Shown here piece by piece: positions 48,881 to 59,739 of a stretch of 64,000 nt of DNA. The position numbers and the translations under genes are program-made. The DNA comes from Candidatus Poribacteria bacterium (GTDB lineage Bacteria > Poribacteria > WGA-4E > WGA-3G): positions 3,840,001 to 3,904,000 of the forward strand of contig CBDANF010000003.1 of NCBI GenBank assembly GCA_965197475.1. Direction: 5' to 3'. The notes under the pieces were generated by a model. It was not told the origin of the DNA and ran no database searches. It saw only the letters and a program-made list of their open reading frames with translations. How positions within the stretch are numbered: the stretch's first letter is position 1; the number at the start of each line of letters is the position of its first letter.

Positions 48881-50686
48881 TTATTCATCAGTCGTAAGCA
48901 TTGCCGTAAATGCTTCCTGTGGAACATCAACATTCCCAATCTGTTTGAGACGTTTTTTACCTTGTTTCTGTCTTTCCAACAATTTCCGTTTTCGTGTGAT
49001 ATCGCCTCCGTAACATTTCGCAGTGACATTTTTCCGAAGTGCTCTGACAGACTCACGTGCGACAATCTTGTTCCCAATCGCTGCTTGAATTGGAATCTCA
49101 AACATTTGTCGAGGAATCAACTCTCTCAATTTACTAACCAAAATTTTTCCACGTGCTTCCGCAGTTTCACGAGGTAAAATGGTTGAAAGCGCATCTACAG
49201 GTTTACCATTAAGAAGCACGTCTAACTTAACAAGATTCTCTGTTTTGTATTCACCGATATCGTATTCCAGTGAACCGTAACCGCGAGTCAGCGATTTGAG
49301 TTTTGGGTAAAAATCCGTTAACATCTCACTCAGCGGGAGTTCATAGAGCAGCTGCACACGTGCAGCATCAAGTTGGTTCATCCGTTTATATATACCTCGC
49401 CGCTTCTGGCAAAGTTCCATCGCATTTCCGATATACTCTCGCGGCACGATAACATCAATATTGACATACGGTTCCTCAATTCGTTCGATGTTCAGGATTT
49501 CAGGGAGATGCGCGGGATTGTCTACTAACACATGCTCACCGGCCTTTAGAAAAACTCTATACATCACACTGGGGGCAGTGCGAACAAGTGAGAGTTCAAA
49601 TTCGCGCTCAAGACGTTCATGGATAATTTCCATGTGGAGTAAACCTAAAAATCCACATCGAAACCCAAATCCGAGCGCGACAGATGTCTCCGGTTCATAA
49701 GTGAAAGAAGCATCGTTTAGACGAAGTTTATCAAGTGCCTCTCGTAACGCATGGAATTGATTGGTGTCTGCTGGAAAAAGTCCGCTAAATACAAGCGGTT
49801 TAATTTCTTGGTATCCGGGGAGGGGGTCAGAGGTCGGATGCAAATGGTGTGTAATTGTATCACCGATTTTTGCGTTGTCGATGTCCCGAATGCCTGCAAT
49901 GAGATAGCCTACTGCTCCTGTCTTAAGTTCGGCTGCGGGTTGCATCTGAGGTGTAAAAATGCCAACTTCTTCAACTTCATAAGACCGTTTTGTCTGCATC
50001 AGTTGAATCTTTTCTCCCGGTGCCACGCTCCCATCAAATATACGGGTGTACATAATTACACCGCGATAGTTGTTGTAAACAGAATCAAGCACAAGTGCCT
50101 TTAAAGGCGCATCAGATTCACCTACAGGTGGTGGAATTCGGTTGACAATTGCCTCTAATATAGCAGGAATTCCGATTCCCGCTTTTGCGCTTACAAGGAG
50201 TGCCTCATCGGCCGGAATGCCGATAATCTCCTCTATCTGTCGTTTGACTTCATCAGGCTGCGCAGCGGGTAAATCAATTTTATTGATAACAGGGATAATC
50301 TCAAGTTCGCTTTCAATTGCAAGATATGCGTTTGCCAAGGTTTGCGCTTCAACACCTTGTGCTGCATCAACAATTAAAATTGCTCCTTCGCATGCAGCGA
50401 GACTACGAGATACCTCGTAAGTAAAATCGACATGCCCAGGGGTATCAATCAAGTTTAGTTCGTATAGTTTTTCATCATTAGCACAATAGTGTAGTTTAAC
50501 AGCAGTGGCTTTAATAGTAATACCGCGTTCCCGTTCTAAGTCCATCAAATCAAGCACCTGTTCGCGCATTTCTCTTTCGGCAAGCGTGTCTGTCTGCTCT
50601 AAGAGTCGGTCACTCAGTGTGCTTTTTCCGTGATCAATGTGTCCTAAAATACAGAAGTTGCGTATGTTTTGAAGTTTGGTTGACAT
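48881..50686 (-). CDS. lepA: Elongation factor 4
   Basis: [41 protein letters not shown]; start moved to MSTKLQ at 50686. Confidence 0.97.
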   Translation of the reverse strand: MSTKLQNIRNFCILGHIDHGKSTLSDRLLEQTDTLAEREMREQVLDLMDLERERGITIKATAVKLHYCANDEKLYELNLIDTPGHVDFTYEVSRSLAACEGAILIVDAAQGVEAQTLANAYLAIESELEIIPVINKIDLPAAQPDEVKRQIEEIIGIPADEALLVSAKAGIGIPAILEAIVNRIPPPVGESDAPLKALVLDSVYNNYRGVIMYTRIFDGSVAPGEKIQLMQTKRSYEVEEVGIFTPQMQPAAELKTGAVGYLIAGIRDIDNAKIGDTITHHLHPTSDPLPGYQEIKPLVFSGLFPADTNQFHALREALDKLRLNDASFTYEPETSVALGFGFRCGFLGLLHMEIIHERLEREFELSLVRTAPSVMYRVFLKAGEHVLVDNPAHLPEILNIERIEEPYVNIDVIVPREYIGNAMELCQKRRGIYKRMNQLDAARVQLLYELPLSEMLTDFYPKLKSLTRGYGSLEYDIGEYKTENLVKLDVLLNGKPVDALSTILPRETAEARGKILVSKLRELIPRQMFEIPIQAAIGNKIVARESVRALRKNVTAKCYGGDITRKRKLLERQKQGKKRLKQIGNVDVPQEAFTAMLTTDE

Positions 50687-51407
50687 GATATAATAGTATA
50701 CTACAATTCTGCTCAATTTACCACAAAAAGATTGTTGTTCAGAACTATTCAATTCTTGCGAGGTGCTTTTGTAGGAGTGCTTTGTTAGCCCGATTTATGT
50801 GGGTAACAGCGCGTCCTTAGTGCTGATTATATGTGCAAACACGACAACTTGATGCCTCTCGGGAAATGCTAAAATTGCTTGAATTCAATCCATACGTGTG
50901 CTAAACTTCAGAATGTCCCTTGTGATTTGTATTTTGCAGGTCAACTTTCGACATGTATGCATTTTCTTGTCACCTTTTGACCTACCATTATTCTTGGACC
51001 GTTAGATTAAAACGAACGTGGGACACCCGAAAACTTAACACCCCAAGCGGAACCATCAGATGAAAAAGAGACTGTTAATCATACTGAGTTTGTTGTTAGT
51101 TTCTACTACTTTCCTACCGAACGGTTTTGCGCAAGACTTCAACCGATGGGGTTACCTGAAGGTGTTAAAGCACGGCTCGGAAAAGGGTGGCTAACGGATA
51201 TGGCGTTTTCTCCAGACGGAAACCAACTTGCCGTAGCATGTTCTATCGGTATATGGCTTTATAATGTCCGCACTGGCACCGAGGAAGCCTTCCTAAGAGG
51301 ACATACAGAACTGGTCAATTCGGTTGCCTATTCTCCAGATGGGAAAATCCTTGCAAGTGGTAGTAATGATTGGACGATTCGAATTTGGGATGTGGATAAA
51401 CGAAAGC

Positions 51408-52393
51408 GGCTCATGTAAAAAGTAAGTGCTATTTTTTCAAAGTTATGTTAGCGTGTTACCTATGGACTTTCCAATACAATCTCTCCTGGATGAAGAAAAA
51501 ACTCAAGCGTGGGTGTTGGATCATTTCCACCCTCAAGGGCTGTGTTGCCCAAAATGCCAAGCGAGCGTGGCGGAGGCACGCAAGTTCCGTCCGACTGAAA
51601 CAAGTGGTCTACAAGTGTATCGCTGCAAACACTGTGAGAGCATCTACAACCTCTATACCGGGACGGTCTTTGCTGGCACGCAGTTTCGTCCCTCACAGGT
51701 CGTTCTGCTTTTGCGCGGTGTCTGTCAAGGTGTTTCAAGTGCACAACTCGGGTGTGAACTGGGTCTAAGTCGTCAAACCGTTCTTTCTATAAGACGTAAA
51801 CTCCAAACTTCGGCAGAGCAGATACAACCCGAAGCTGCTTTACCTGATGCTGAAGTCGAAACAGATGAGATGTTTCAAAACGCCGGTGAAAAAGGCGATA
51901 AGCACGTTGATGCTTCGGATCCGCCGCGTCGGCGTGGCAATAAACGCAGGGGACATGGGACTTATGACAATGATCGTCCGCCTATTGTTGGGACGAAAGG
52001 TCGCGAAAGCGGTCTCCTGAGATTACGTGTTGTGCGGCACACCGATTCTGCGACGCTTTCAACACACGTTCATCAGTGGACGTTGCCGACTTCAACGGTG
52101 TATACGGATGGTTGGCGTGGCTATAACCGTATTCAGCGCGCCCGTGAGATTGTTCTCCATAAGGATGGCGAGTGGGCAAGAGACGCAGACGGTGATGGTC
52201 TTTACGAGATCCATACAAGGACGATTGAAGGTGCCTGGACGACGCTGCGAAACTTCCTTCGTCCCTTTCGTGGCGTTCATAAAAAGTTCCTCGCCGGTTA
52301 CGTCGCAATCTGTGAGTTCGTCATGAATCTAAAAGCTGTCAGTGTTGATTTTATAGCAAAACTCGTCAAAAGCACTTACTCTTGACATGAGCG
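51408..52393 (+). mobile_element. IS1595-family insertion sequence, copy 2 (986 bp)
   Basis: TIRs GGCTCATGTAAAAAGTAAGTGCT and AGCACTTACTCTTGACATGAGCG; 8-bp target duplication ACGAAAGC at 51400-51407 and 52394-52401. Confidence 0.95.
51462..52385 (+). CDS. IS1595-family DDE transposase, same protein sequence as copy 1
   Basis: Translation identical to 29054-30013 in the ORF track. Confidence 0.93.
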   Translation: MDFPIQSLLDEEKTQAWVLDHFHPQGLCCPKCQASVAEARKFRPTETSGLQVYRCKHCESIYNLYTGTVFAGTQFRPSQVVLLLRGVCQGVSSAQLGCELGLSRQTVLSIRRKLQTSAEQIQPEAALPDAEVETDEMFQNAGEKGDKHVDASDPPRRRGNKRRGHGTYDNDRPPIVGTKGRESGLLRLRVVRHTDSATLSTHVHQWTLPTSTVYTDGWRGYNRIQRAREIVLHKDGEWARDADGDGLYEIHTRTIEGAWTTLRNFLRPFRGVHKKFLAGYVAICEFVMNLKAVSVDFIAKLVKSTYS

Positions 52394-52668
52394 ACGAAAG
52401 CATATTAAGACACTTGAAGGTCATACGGGTAAGGTTAATTCTGTAGCGTATTCGCAGGATGGAGAGACCATTGTAAGTGGAAGTGATGATGGAATTCGGG
52501 TTTGGAATGTTGAAAACTGGAGTGATAAGATACTCTATAGAAGTGAGAATACTGGCATAGTTAACATGATGTATTCACCTGATGAAAAAACACTTACGAG
52601 TTTAAGTAAAAACGGCAAAATAGAATCATGGATTTAACAAGTGGTGAGAAGCAATGGACTATATTAGG

Positions 52669-53670
52669 GAACTCATAGCGAGTAAGAGCTAAGCATCGTT
52701 GAAAGTTCTCCGAAAGTTTATCATTGAATATGCTAAATTACGAAAACCTAAACGGGTTTCTTTCAGTTTATCATAACTAAGGGCGAGTTTCCGATAAGTC
52801 CCTTGCCAACCCAAGGTTCGCTCCACTTTATATCGGTCTTTGTCCATTTTCTTGTTAAACCACCGGAACGGACGGGCAATTACAATAGGTTCTTTGGCAT
52901 TCCGCCGGTTCGGATATATCACCGGGAGCAGCCCGTGTTGTTTGATAATTTTATGATTCTCTTTGGAATCAAAACCGGAATCCAGTGTTAGAGCGGAAGC
53001 ACTAAGATCCATTCCAATACGATTAGCAAAGGCGATAAGATCGGTGAATGCTTCGGGCAAAATCTTGTATGATGTTGGTTGACAGGTTTGATGGTTATCG
53101 GGCTGATGATGAACCCCTGATTGTCAGTGATGGTCAACTCTTTTTCACCTTTTTGATGTTTGTGGCCTGAATAACCGATGTTGTCACCCCTTTTTTCACG
53201 ACGGTATTTGACCCATCTCCATGAAGTTGAGAGGTGTCAAGTTGGTCGGTGTCAAGCACGTGTATCACTGATGCCTCAAAAAGTTTCTGATACGAGCCAT
53301 CTTTTGACCACCGATTATGCCATTTATAGATATTAGACCAATGGAGTTCAGGATGCCGGGTTCGGAGTTGATCCCATTGAATACCCGTATGTAAAACATA
53401 GAGGATATAGTTGAATATCTTGTCCAAGGAGAGTTTCGGTTTCGGGCCTTTGACTCGTTTCGCTAAATGTGGTAAGATATAACGATTGAAATCTTTACGG
53501 GAAACCTGTTTGGGAATACAGTTGTATTTTGGTGATTTTTGAGCCTCGTTTGCCATAATAACACCTTTCATAAAGTAAAGCGGTATCTGAAGTGGAAAGA
53601 AAGGGACATAAATTATACCCTTTTCTTTCCCTATTTTACCACATCCTTATGTTTTACTCAATATGACTTC
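52669..53670 (-). mobile_element. IS5-family insertion sequence with split, probably inactive transposase (ORFs 53134-53571 and 52689-53060)
   Basis: ILYVLHTGIQW, W.KDG, HGDGS, LDSGFD, RYKVERT..W; AAAAAAGGGG slippery site at 53187-53196 plus an extra frameshift near 53060-53070; imperfect TIRs at 52669-52685 and 53654-53670 (14/17). Confidence 0.85.
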
Positions 53671-53710
53671 TACAATAATTCGTTTTGTAGCACACAGTGT
53701 GTCTATTATT

Positions 53711-54925
53711 ATGATACTTAAAATTGCATTCCGAAACATCTTCCGTCAAAAACGGCGGACAATTCTTACTGCACTTGCGATGATTGTCGGGTTTACGCTA
53801 TCCTCAGTATTCATCGGCTGGTCCGACGGTGTGTATGGGGACATGATTTCGACGTTCACACGAAACCGAATCGGACACATTCAGGTACATCTTGAAGGGT
53901 ACCTTGATAAACCGTCGCTCTATAAAACGATCGACAATTCTGCTGTTGTCGATGAGATTATTCAAAGTATAGCAGGGGTTGAAGCGTGGACACCACGGGT
54001 ATATACAGCAGGACTCGGTTCAGTGGAAGAAAAAAGCACGGCAGTCCAAATCATAGGGATTGATGTGGATAAAGAGAACAAAGCCACGCAATTTAATCAA
54101 AAAGTGGTTGAGGGGAGACCATTTGCACACAACGTTTCTCATGAAGTTGTGATTGGCAAAGGACTTGAAAAAAACCTCAATGCGGGATTAGAGAGTGAAA
54201 TTGTGATTTTTTCACAAGCAGCCGATGGTTCTATTGCAAATGACATATATACAATTGTTGGTATTGCAGAAAGCGGTGATGACGCAACAGATCGGGTGAC
54301 TTGTTATTTAAACCTTGAGGCAGCACAGGAATTGTTTGTGCTTCCGGGACGCGTCCACGAAATTGTTGTGATTGTCTCAAATATTAATCAAGTTGCTAAA
54401 ATTACGGATTCGATTAGAGAAAGTCTCAGTGATTCACCACTTGAGGTTTTACCTTGGCAGGAAGTAGCCGAATCCTTTTATAAAGCCATGCAAGCCGATC
54501 AGAAGGGTGATGCCATTGGAAGGTTTGTAATTATGTTGATTGTTGCAATAGGTGTTCTTAATACTGTTTTGATGTCTGTGCTTGAACGAACACGTGAGTA
54601 CGGAGTACTGAAAGCAGTCGGCACAAAACCGATACAAGTTTTCTGGTTGGTGATCTGTGAAGTGTTCATCATCGCAATTGCAAGTATTTGCATCGGTGCA
54701 TTGTTTGGCACTCTATTCAATTACGTATTATCTATATACGGTATCAAACTCCCTCAGGAATTTACCTACGGCGGCATGAAATTTGGAACGATGCATGCCG
54801 AAGTTAATCTCCGAAGCTTAACGATTCCTGCTATCACTGTGATGTTTTCAGCCATGTTAGTAAGTCTATATCCGGCGATAAAAGCTGCCCGAATTTTACC
54901 TGCAAAGGCGATGCGAACACACTAA
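53711..54925 (+). CDS. ABC transporter permease, LolE/FtsX (MacB-like) family
   Basis: AFRNIFRQKRRT, large periplasmic domain, NTVLMSVLERTREYGVLKAVG, YPA.KAA. Confidence 0.9.
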   Translation: MILKIAFRNIFRQKRRTILTALAMIVGFTLSSVFIGWSDGVYGDMISTFTRNRIGHIQVHLEGYLDKPSLYKTIDNSAVVDEIIQSIAGVEAWTPRVYTAGLGSVEEKSTAVQIIGIDVDKENKATQFNQKVVEGRPFAHNVSHEVVIGKGLEKNLNAGLESEIVIFSQAADGSIANDIYTIVGIAESGDDATDRVTCYLNLEAAQELFVLPGRVHEIVVIVSNINQVAKITDSIRESLSDSPLEVLPWQEVAESFYKAMQADQKGDAIGRFVIMLIVAIGVLNTVLMSVLERTREYGVLKAVGTKPIQVFWLVICEVFIIAIASICIGALFGTLFNYVLSIYGIKLPQEFTYGGMKFGTMHAEVNLRSLTIPAITVMFSAMLVSLYPAIKAARILPAKAMRTH

Positions 54926-54937
54926 AGGATCAAAACG

Positions 54938-56170
54938 ATGTGGTTGATTCTAATAAAACTTGCATGGAGAAATCTTTTTCGCAATAAAAGGCGGACGATT
55001 ATCGCTGCAATAGCAATCGGTATCGGTCTGGCAGCCCTAATTTTTGTTGATGCACTTATGATTGGGATGCAAGAGAATATGATCAGAACAGCGACTGCGT
55101 CCTTCCTTGGTGATGCACAGATACATCGTGAAAGTTATCGAGATACACAAGAGGCGGAGTTGACAATTCAGGAACTTGAAAAGGTGACGGCTAATCTGTC
55201 TAAGGAGGCAATCGTCCAATATATTACCCGAAGAACATTCGCGTTTGGGATGATACGTTCCGCTGCGAATGCGAATAGTGCCATTAACCTTGTCGGTGTG
55301 AATCCATCTACCGAAAAATACTTGTCCCAAATTGATGATGCTATAATTGAGGGTGTCTATTTTGAAGGGAGCAGTGAAAGTGATATTGTGATAGGTGCTA
55401 AACTCGCGGAAGTATTGGAAGTTGGACTTGGTGACAAAGTGCCTGTGACGGTTTCGCAAGCACATACTGGTGAGTTTTCTCAAGAGAGGTTCCGTGTTTC
55501 CGGCATTTTTAAGTTTGCTGACGAAGGAATGAATAGCGGGATGGCGTTCATTAGATTACATAAAGCACAGGAAATGCTTGCAATTGGTAAGGATGTTCAT
55601 GAAATTGCGATCAAATTCACTGAAACTACGTACTCTCAAAACCGAGAGTTGCGATTTTGGGAGACATATTCTCAGTTTGGTAATAAAGCGGAAAGTTGGA
55701 TTGACATTCTTCCACAATTGACTACGATATTTGAGATGTCAAAATACAGTAAGTACATCATGGGAGCAGTATTGTTTGGCGTGGTCATTTTTGGAATTAT
55801 CAATACACTTTTTATGTCATTATATGAGCGAATGTTTGAGTTTGGGGTGTTGCGTGCCGTTGGAACACGTCCGTTTGGAATGGCGCGTGTTGTCTTATTT
55901 GAAGCGGGTGCATTGGCAATTGTAAGTATTGCTCTGGGGGCAATTCTCGGCTTCGTTTTGACAGCGATCTTTGCACGTGTCGGTCTTAATTATACCGGTA
56001 TAGAGATGATGGGTGTGACAATACAGGAATTTATCTATCCTGTCTTAGAGGCTCAACAGTTCATCATTTATCCTGTATCGGTCTTTGTTTTCACTATTGT
56101 TGCCGGACTGTATCCTGCTCGGCATGTTGCTAAAATGTCCCCTGTAGACGCAATGCGGCGCAGTTTTTAG
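54938..56170 (+). CDS. ABC transporter permease, LolE/FtsX family
   Basis: AWRNLFRNKRRT, NTLFMSLYERMFEFGVLRAVG, YPAR. Confidence 0.9.
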   Translation: MWLILIKLAWRNLFRNKRRTIIAAIAIGIGLAALIFVDALMIGMQENMIRTATASFLGDAQIHRESYRDTQEAELTIQELEKVTANLSKEAIVQYITRRTFAFGMIRSAANANSAINLVGVNPSTEKYLSQIDDAIIEGVYFEGSSESDIVIGAKLAEVLEVGLGDKVPVTVSQAHTGEFSQERFRVSGIFKFADEGMNSGMAFIRLHKAQEMLAIGKDVHEIAIKFTETTYSQNRELRFWETYSQFGNKAESWIDILPQLTTIFEMSKYSKYIMGAVLFGVVIFGIINTLFMSLYERMFEFGVLRAVGTRPFGMARVVLFEAGALAIVSIALGAILGFVLTAIFARVGLNYTGIEMMGVTIQEFIYPVLEAQQFIIYPVSVFVFTIVAGLYPARHVAKMSPVDAMRRSF

Positions 56171-56180
56171 GAAAGTTATC

Positions 56181-56882
56181 ATGGAACAGAATCAAAATAC
56201 AACTGTCATTGTTACTGAAGATGTGACAAGAGTTTATGAACCTGACGGAATACCTATCAATGCTCTTAACGGGATAGATTTAACAATCAAATCAGGGGAA
56301 TTCACTGCGTTGGTCGGACCATCAGGATCCGGTAAAACCACCTTTCTCAACATCATTTCTGGATTGGATAGTCCTACTGAAGGGAAAGTGCTGCTTGCTG
56401 GCAAGGTGCTATCAGAAATGAGCGGTAACGAACTCTCTGATTTTCGACGGGATAACATTGGGTTCATTTTTCAGGCTTACAATCTGATTCCTGTGTTAAC
56501 AGTTGAAGAAAACGTTGAATACATCATGCTCTTGGCTGGTGTTCCTAAATCAGAGCGACACGATCGTGTTACAGCAATGCTTGAAGCAGTTGGGTTAAAG
56601 GATGTTGAAGATCGGCTTCCTACGCAGCTTTCTGGTGGGCAGCAACAGCGCGTGGCTATTGCGCGCGCTATGGTGTCTGAACCCACGATTATTCTTGCCG
56701 ATGAACCGACTGCGAACCTTGACTCCAAAACAGGAGCAGACCTGCTTGAAATGATGCGTCAACTGAATTTGGAAACTGGCATGACATTCATCTTTTCTAC
56801 CCACGATCAGATGGTTATGGAAAGTGCCAGACGGTTGATTACACTTCGCGACGGTAAAGTTGATAGTGATGAAACAAAATAG
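56181..56882 (+). CDS. ABC transporter ATP-binding protein, LolD-like
   Basis: [37 protein letters not shown]. Confidence 0.95.
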   Translation: MEQNQNTTVIVTEDVTRVYEPDGIPINALNGIDLTIKSGEFTALVGPSGSGKTTFLNIISGLDSPTEGKVLLAGKVLSEMSGNELSDFRRDNIGFIFQAYNLIPVLTVEENVEYIMLLAGVPKSERHDRVTAMLEAVGLKDVEDRLPTQLSGGQQQRVAIARAMVSEPTIILADEPTANLDSKTGADLLEMMRQLNLETGMTFIFSTHDQMVMESARRLITLRDGKVDSDETK

Positions 56883-56894
56883 TGGGTTCAGAAG

Positions 56895-58112
56895 ATGAGA
56901 AAAACAATCTTACTTATCTGCTTACTGACAATACCACTATTTGGTGCCGCTAACGCTGAATTCCGTGTCAGTGGTTATTACAAGAACTTTTTTACAGCCT
57001 TTGATTCCCCGCTCCCAGACACACCGGTGACGGGTGTTGTAGTCAACCGACTGCGACTAAATCTCTCTTATGTACCTACGGACTCGCTTTCCTTTGCTTT
57101 CGCCTATGATTTTACCCCGCGCGTTCAAGACCCCTCACTCTTTTCTCAATCCCCTTTTGCTATAGGTACCGCTTCTTCACGTTATCGCGTTGCAGATTTT
57201 GACTCGTTGCTTTATCCGGGTAAAGATGAACCAATGAGTAGTGTCGGTATCTATCATAATTTTGATCGTGCAGCGGTTCAGTTTAGTACGGATTTTGCTG
57301 ACATATCCATCGGTCGAGATGCAATTGCTTGGGGTGCTGCCCGGATTATAAATCCAACCGATGTTGTCGTGCCTTTTAATTATGACCAACTGGATACAGA
57401 AGATCGCGTGGGGGTGGATGCAGTTCGTATCCGTATTCCTGTTGGGATTCTGGGTGAGGTGGATACCGGATACATTTTCGGTACCAACTTTGACTTTGAC
57501 AAGAGTGCTATCTTTCTTAGGACACAATTGAATGCCGCTGAGACGGATTTCTCAATTTTACTTTTAGAATTTCAGAGAGATCTACTGGTTGGTTTAGATA
57601 TAGCACGTGGTATAGGTGGAGCGGGGTTTTGGTTAGAAACGGCTTACGTTTTTACCGATCCGTTTGATGGCGGACGCATTGCATCAGACGACTACCTACG
57701 GACATCTTTCGGTTTGGATTATAGCTTCAGCGGCGAGACCTACGCATTTATTGAATATCATTTTAATGGTGCGGGGACAGCTAAACCCGATAATTTTCTC
57801 GCCAATTTAGACCACTCTGCATATACCCGTGGCGGTGTTTATCTGTTGGGTGTCCACTATCTTGCTCCCGGTATATCACATCAACTAACACCGTTAATCA
57901 GTATCAGTGGACAGATGCTGTTTAATCTATCCGATCCATCAACTTGGATTGCACCACAGATTGCCTATAACATCGCAGAGGATATTCATCTGTCTGTCGG
58001 TGGGTTTATCAGTCTTGGAAAGCGACCTAAAGATGGTGATTTGACCCAATTGCAATCAGAGTTCGGCAGTTATCCTAATCTTTTCTTTTCCTCATTTCGT
58101 GTCTATTTTTGA
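56895..58112 (+). CDS. Putative outer-membrane beta-barrel protein
   Basis: Signal peptide, alternating aromatic/hydrophobic strands, IGRDAIAWG..NPTD, C-terminal Phe (RVYF). Confidence 0.75.
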   Translation: MRKTILLICLLTIPLFGAANAEFRVSGYYKNFFTAFDSPLPDTPVTGVVVNRLRLNLSYVPTDSLSFAFAYDFTPRVQDPSLFSQSPFAIGTASSRYRVADFDSLLYPGKDEPMSSVGIYHNFDRAAVQFSTDFADISIGRDAIAWGAARIINPTDVVVPFNYDQLDTEDRVGVDAVRIRIPVGILGEVDTGYIFGTNFDFDKSAIFLRTQLNAAETDFSILLLEFQRDLLVGLDIARGIGGAGFWLETAYVFTDPFDGGRIASDDYLRTSFGLDYSFSGETYAFIEYHFNGAGTAKPDNFLANLDHSAYTRGGVYLLGVHYLAPGISHQLTPLISISGQMLFNLSDPSTWIAPQIAYNIAEDIHLSVGGFISLGKRPKDGDLTQLQSEFGSYPNLFFSSFRVYF

Positions 58113-58125
58113 GCAAGATGTTTTC

Positions 58126-58220
58126 TTATACCAAATTAACTTGATTCGACATTTTCGGATAAAGTCGGCGCATTGCAAGGCACGGGACCTCGCGCTACAA
58201 ATCGGATTAATTGGGTATTA
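58126..58220. repeat. Small degenerate MITE-like element with REP-like core
   Basis: TTATACCAAATTAACTTGATT and AATCGGATTAATTGGGTATTA are imperfect inverted repeats; right half is homologous to 61107-61156. Confidence 0.55.
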
Positions 58221-58308
58221 GTCCGCCACCAAACCGATCATGCTACACATTGAAAGTCCCAGAAGCAACATTATTGTTCATTGAAAACGAACCTGCTTGT
58301 CGTGACGA

Positions 58309-59039
58309 CTAAGGACGTTTTAACTCTCCCCACAAAACTGCAGCCTTGCCTGTCGGACGCACACTCAAATCCCTGAACACTAGGACATTAGGACCAGAAA
58401 TTATAAAGTCATCCAATACAAAATCTCCAAACGCGTTTGCACCTACCCATACATAAGCAATTAACCCAATACAATCAATTTCCCGTAGTTTCGGGCCTCG
58501 GAATTCTGTGATCAGATTCCTCTGCGACAAAAACTCGAAATGTCCCTTACTAAAAGAAATTTCTATTTCTTTTAAGGGAAAACCACGTTACCAACATTGT
58601 TTACCAACAGTGGCGGTAATTGAATATCTGCTCCTACCCGAATTAATGTATTCAAAAAAGGGGTGTGGAGAAACTTAATAGTTTTGTTAAATATGCCACC
58701 GTGGTTATCATATTGTCCTATAAAAATTCCAATACTCCCTCCGCTTGCTTCAAGTATACTGATTTTGACATTAAGTTCTCCAACTTTAATGGGAAAACCG
58801 ATGAATTCAAGCGGATATATGCCAAAGATACCGGGACCCTCAAACGGATCTATCCAAACATCAAGGTGATCATCTTTTGGCTGCCAGATGGAGATGGATC
58901 TGAGAACATGCTCGTGTATTTTCCATGAACTAAGACGTTTTGTACTAAAATCTTCAACCCAAGTCTCGGAGAATACGCCTTGAACAGCGGCAAATATCAA
59001 CATACTGGATATTAGAAAAAGTGGATGAAGTTTGTTCAT
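58309..59039 (-). pseudogene. Secreted beta-rich protein with C-terminal WGxLK motif, split by a 1-nt frameshift
   Basis: Signal peptide and ETWVEDF; adding one base at about 58576-58582 joins the ORFs (VVFPLKEIEISFSKGHFEFLSQRN); tail SVRPTGKAAVLWGELK. Confidence 0.75.
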
Positions 59040-59149
59040 CTAAACTTCGGACAGAAGACCCCTGGTTTTCTTTAAGCAGGGAGGAATGCCCGCTCCTGTG
59101 TTTTCTTGACAATTATGTGTCAATTCTGTTATCAAATACTCCTAATGTG

Positions 59150-59197
59150 CAAGTCTAAAAACTTGGGATTCCGAAGAATCCGAAGTTTTTAGACTTG
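59150..59197. other. 22-bp stem hairpin with 4-nt loop
   Basis: CAAGTCTAAAAACTTGGGATTC-CGAA-GAATCCGAAGTTTTTAGACTTG, one G.G mismatch. Confidence 0.7.
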
Positions 59198-59739
59198 GGA
59201 ATATTTCAAAGACAATAGTCTCTGCTGACTACAACTTGCCTCACAGTATTTTCCGCGAGAGATATCCGAACAGTGTGCGATCAAAAATCACTCATTTGGC
59301 GGTTCACAATTAGCGTCCGGATAACCCGGATACGGAAAACAACTAAATCTTTCATTTGATATTTCGCCTCGTCGATCAAGAGGATCGTCTTCTGGATGGA
59401 TAACATCTTCAGACCAATCGTCACCAGTGGCCACGAGCCCCGGAATACCGCAACGTTAACAGCATCTTTGATAAGTTTGTCAATGAAAGTGTGAGGTGAA
59501 AATGACAAATGTTAGAGATATCCAGAACTTGGTTTCTTCACATTTTTCAAATTTATACGTGAACGCAGATCAAATATCGGTTGGTCTTTAGGCATCAATG
59601 AGTTCTTGGAAGAAGTCTAAACAATCTTTGCAAAGTATACAAGAAAAGAAGGATTTTGCAAGTTAAATTCGAATTTTAGAGAAATCGCAAATCCAAAACT
59701 ACTTATTGGGTAGATTTTTTCTATATCAAGGAGTTCTCC

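Larger units (their letters stand above)
51060..52637 (+). pseudogene. Secreted WD40-repeat protein: frameshifted, interrupted by IS1595 copy 2 and truncated by an IS5-family element
   Basis: Signal peptide MKKRLL...FAQD, frameshift at 51148-51151, GLPEGVKARLGKG, GH...VNSVAYSPDG..LASGS.D.TIRIWD; reading frame resumes after the IS (KTLEGHTGKVNSVAYSQDG). Confidence 0.85.

Noticed and set aside
30032-51407. Composite transposon formed by the two IS1595 copies
   Set aside because: Each copy has its own distinct target duplication, and the enclosed genes are chromosomal housekeeping genes
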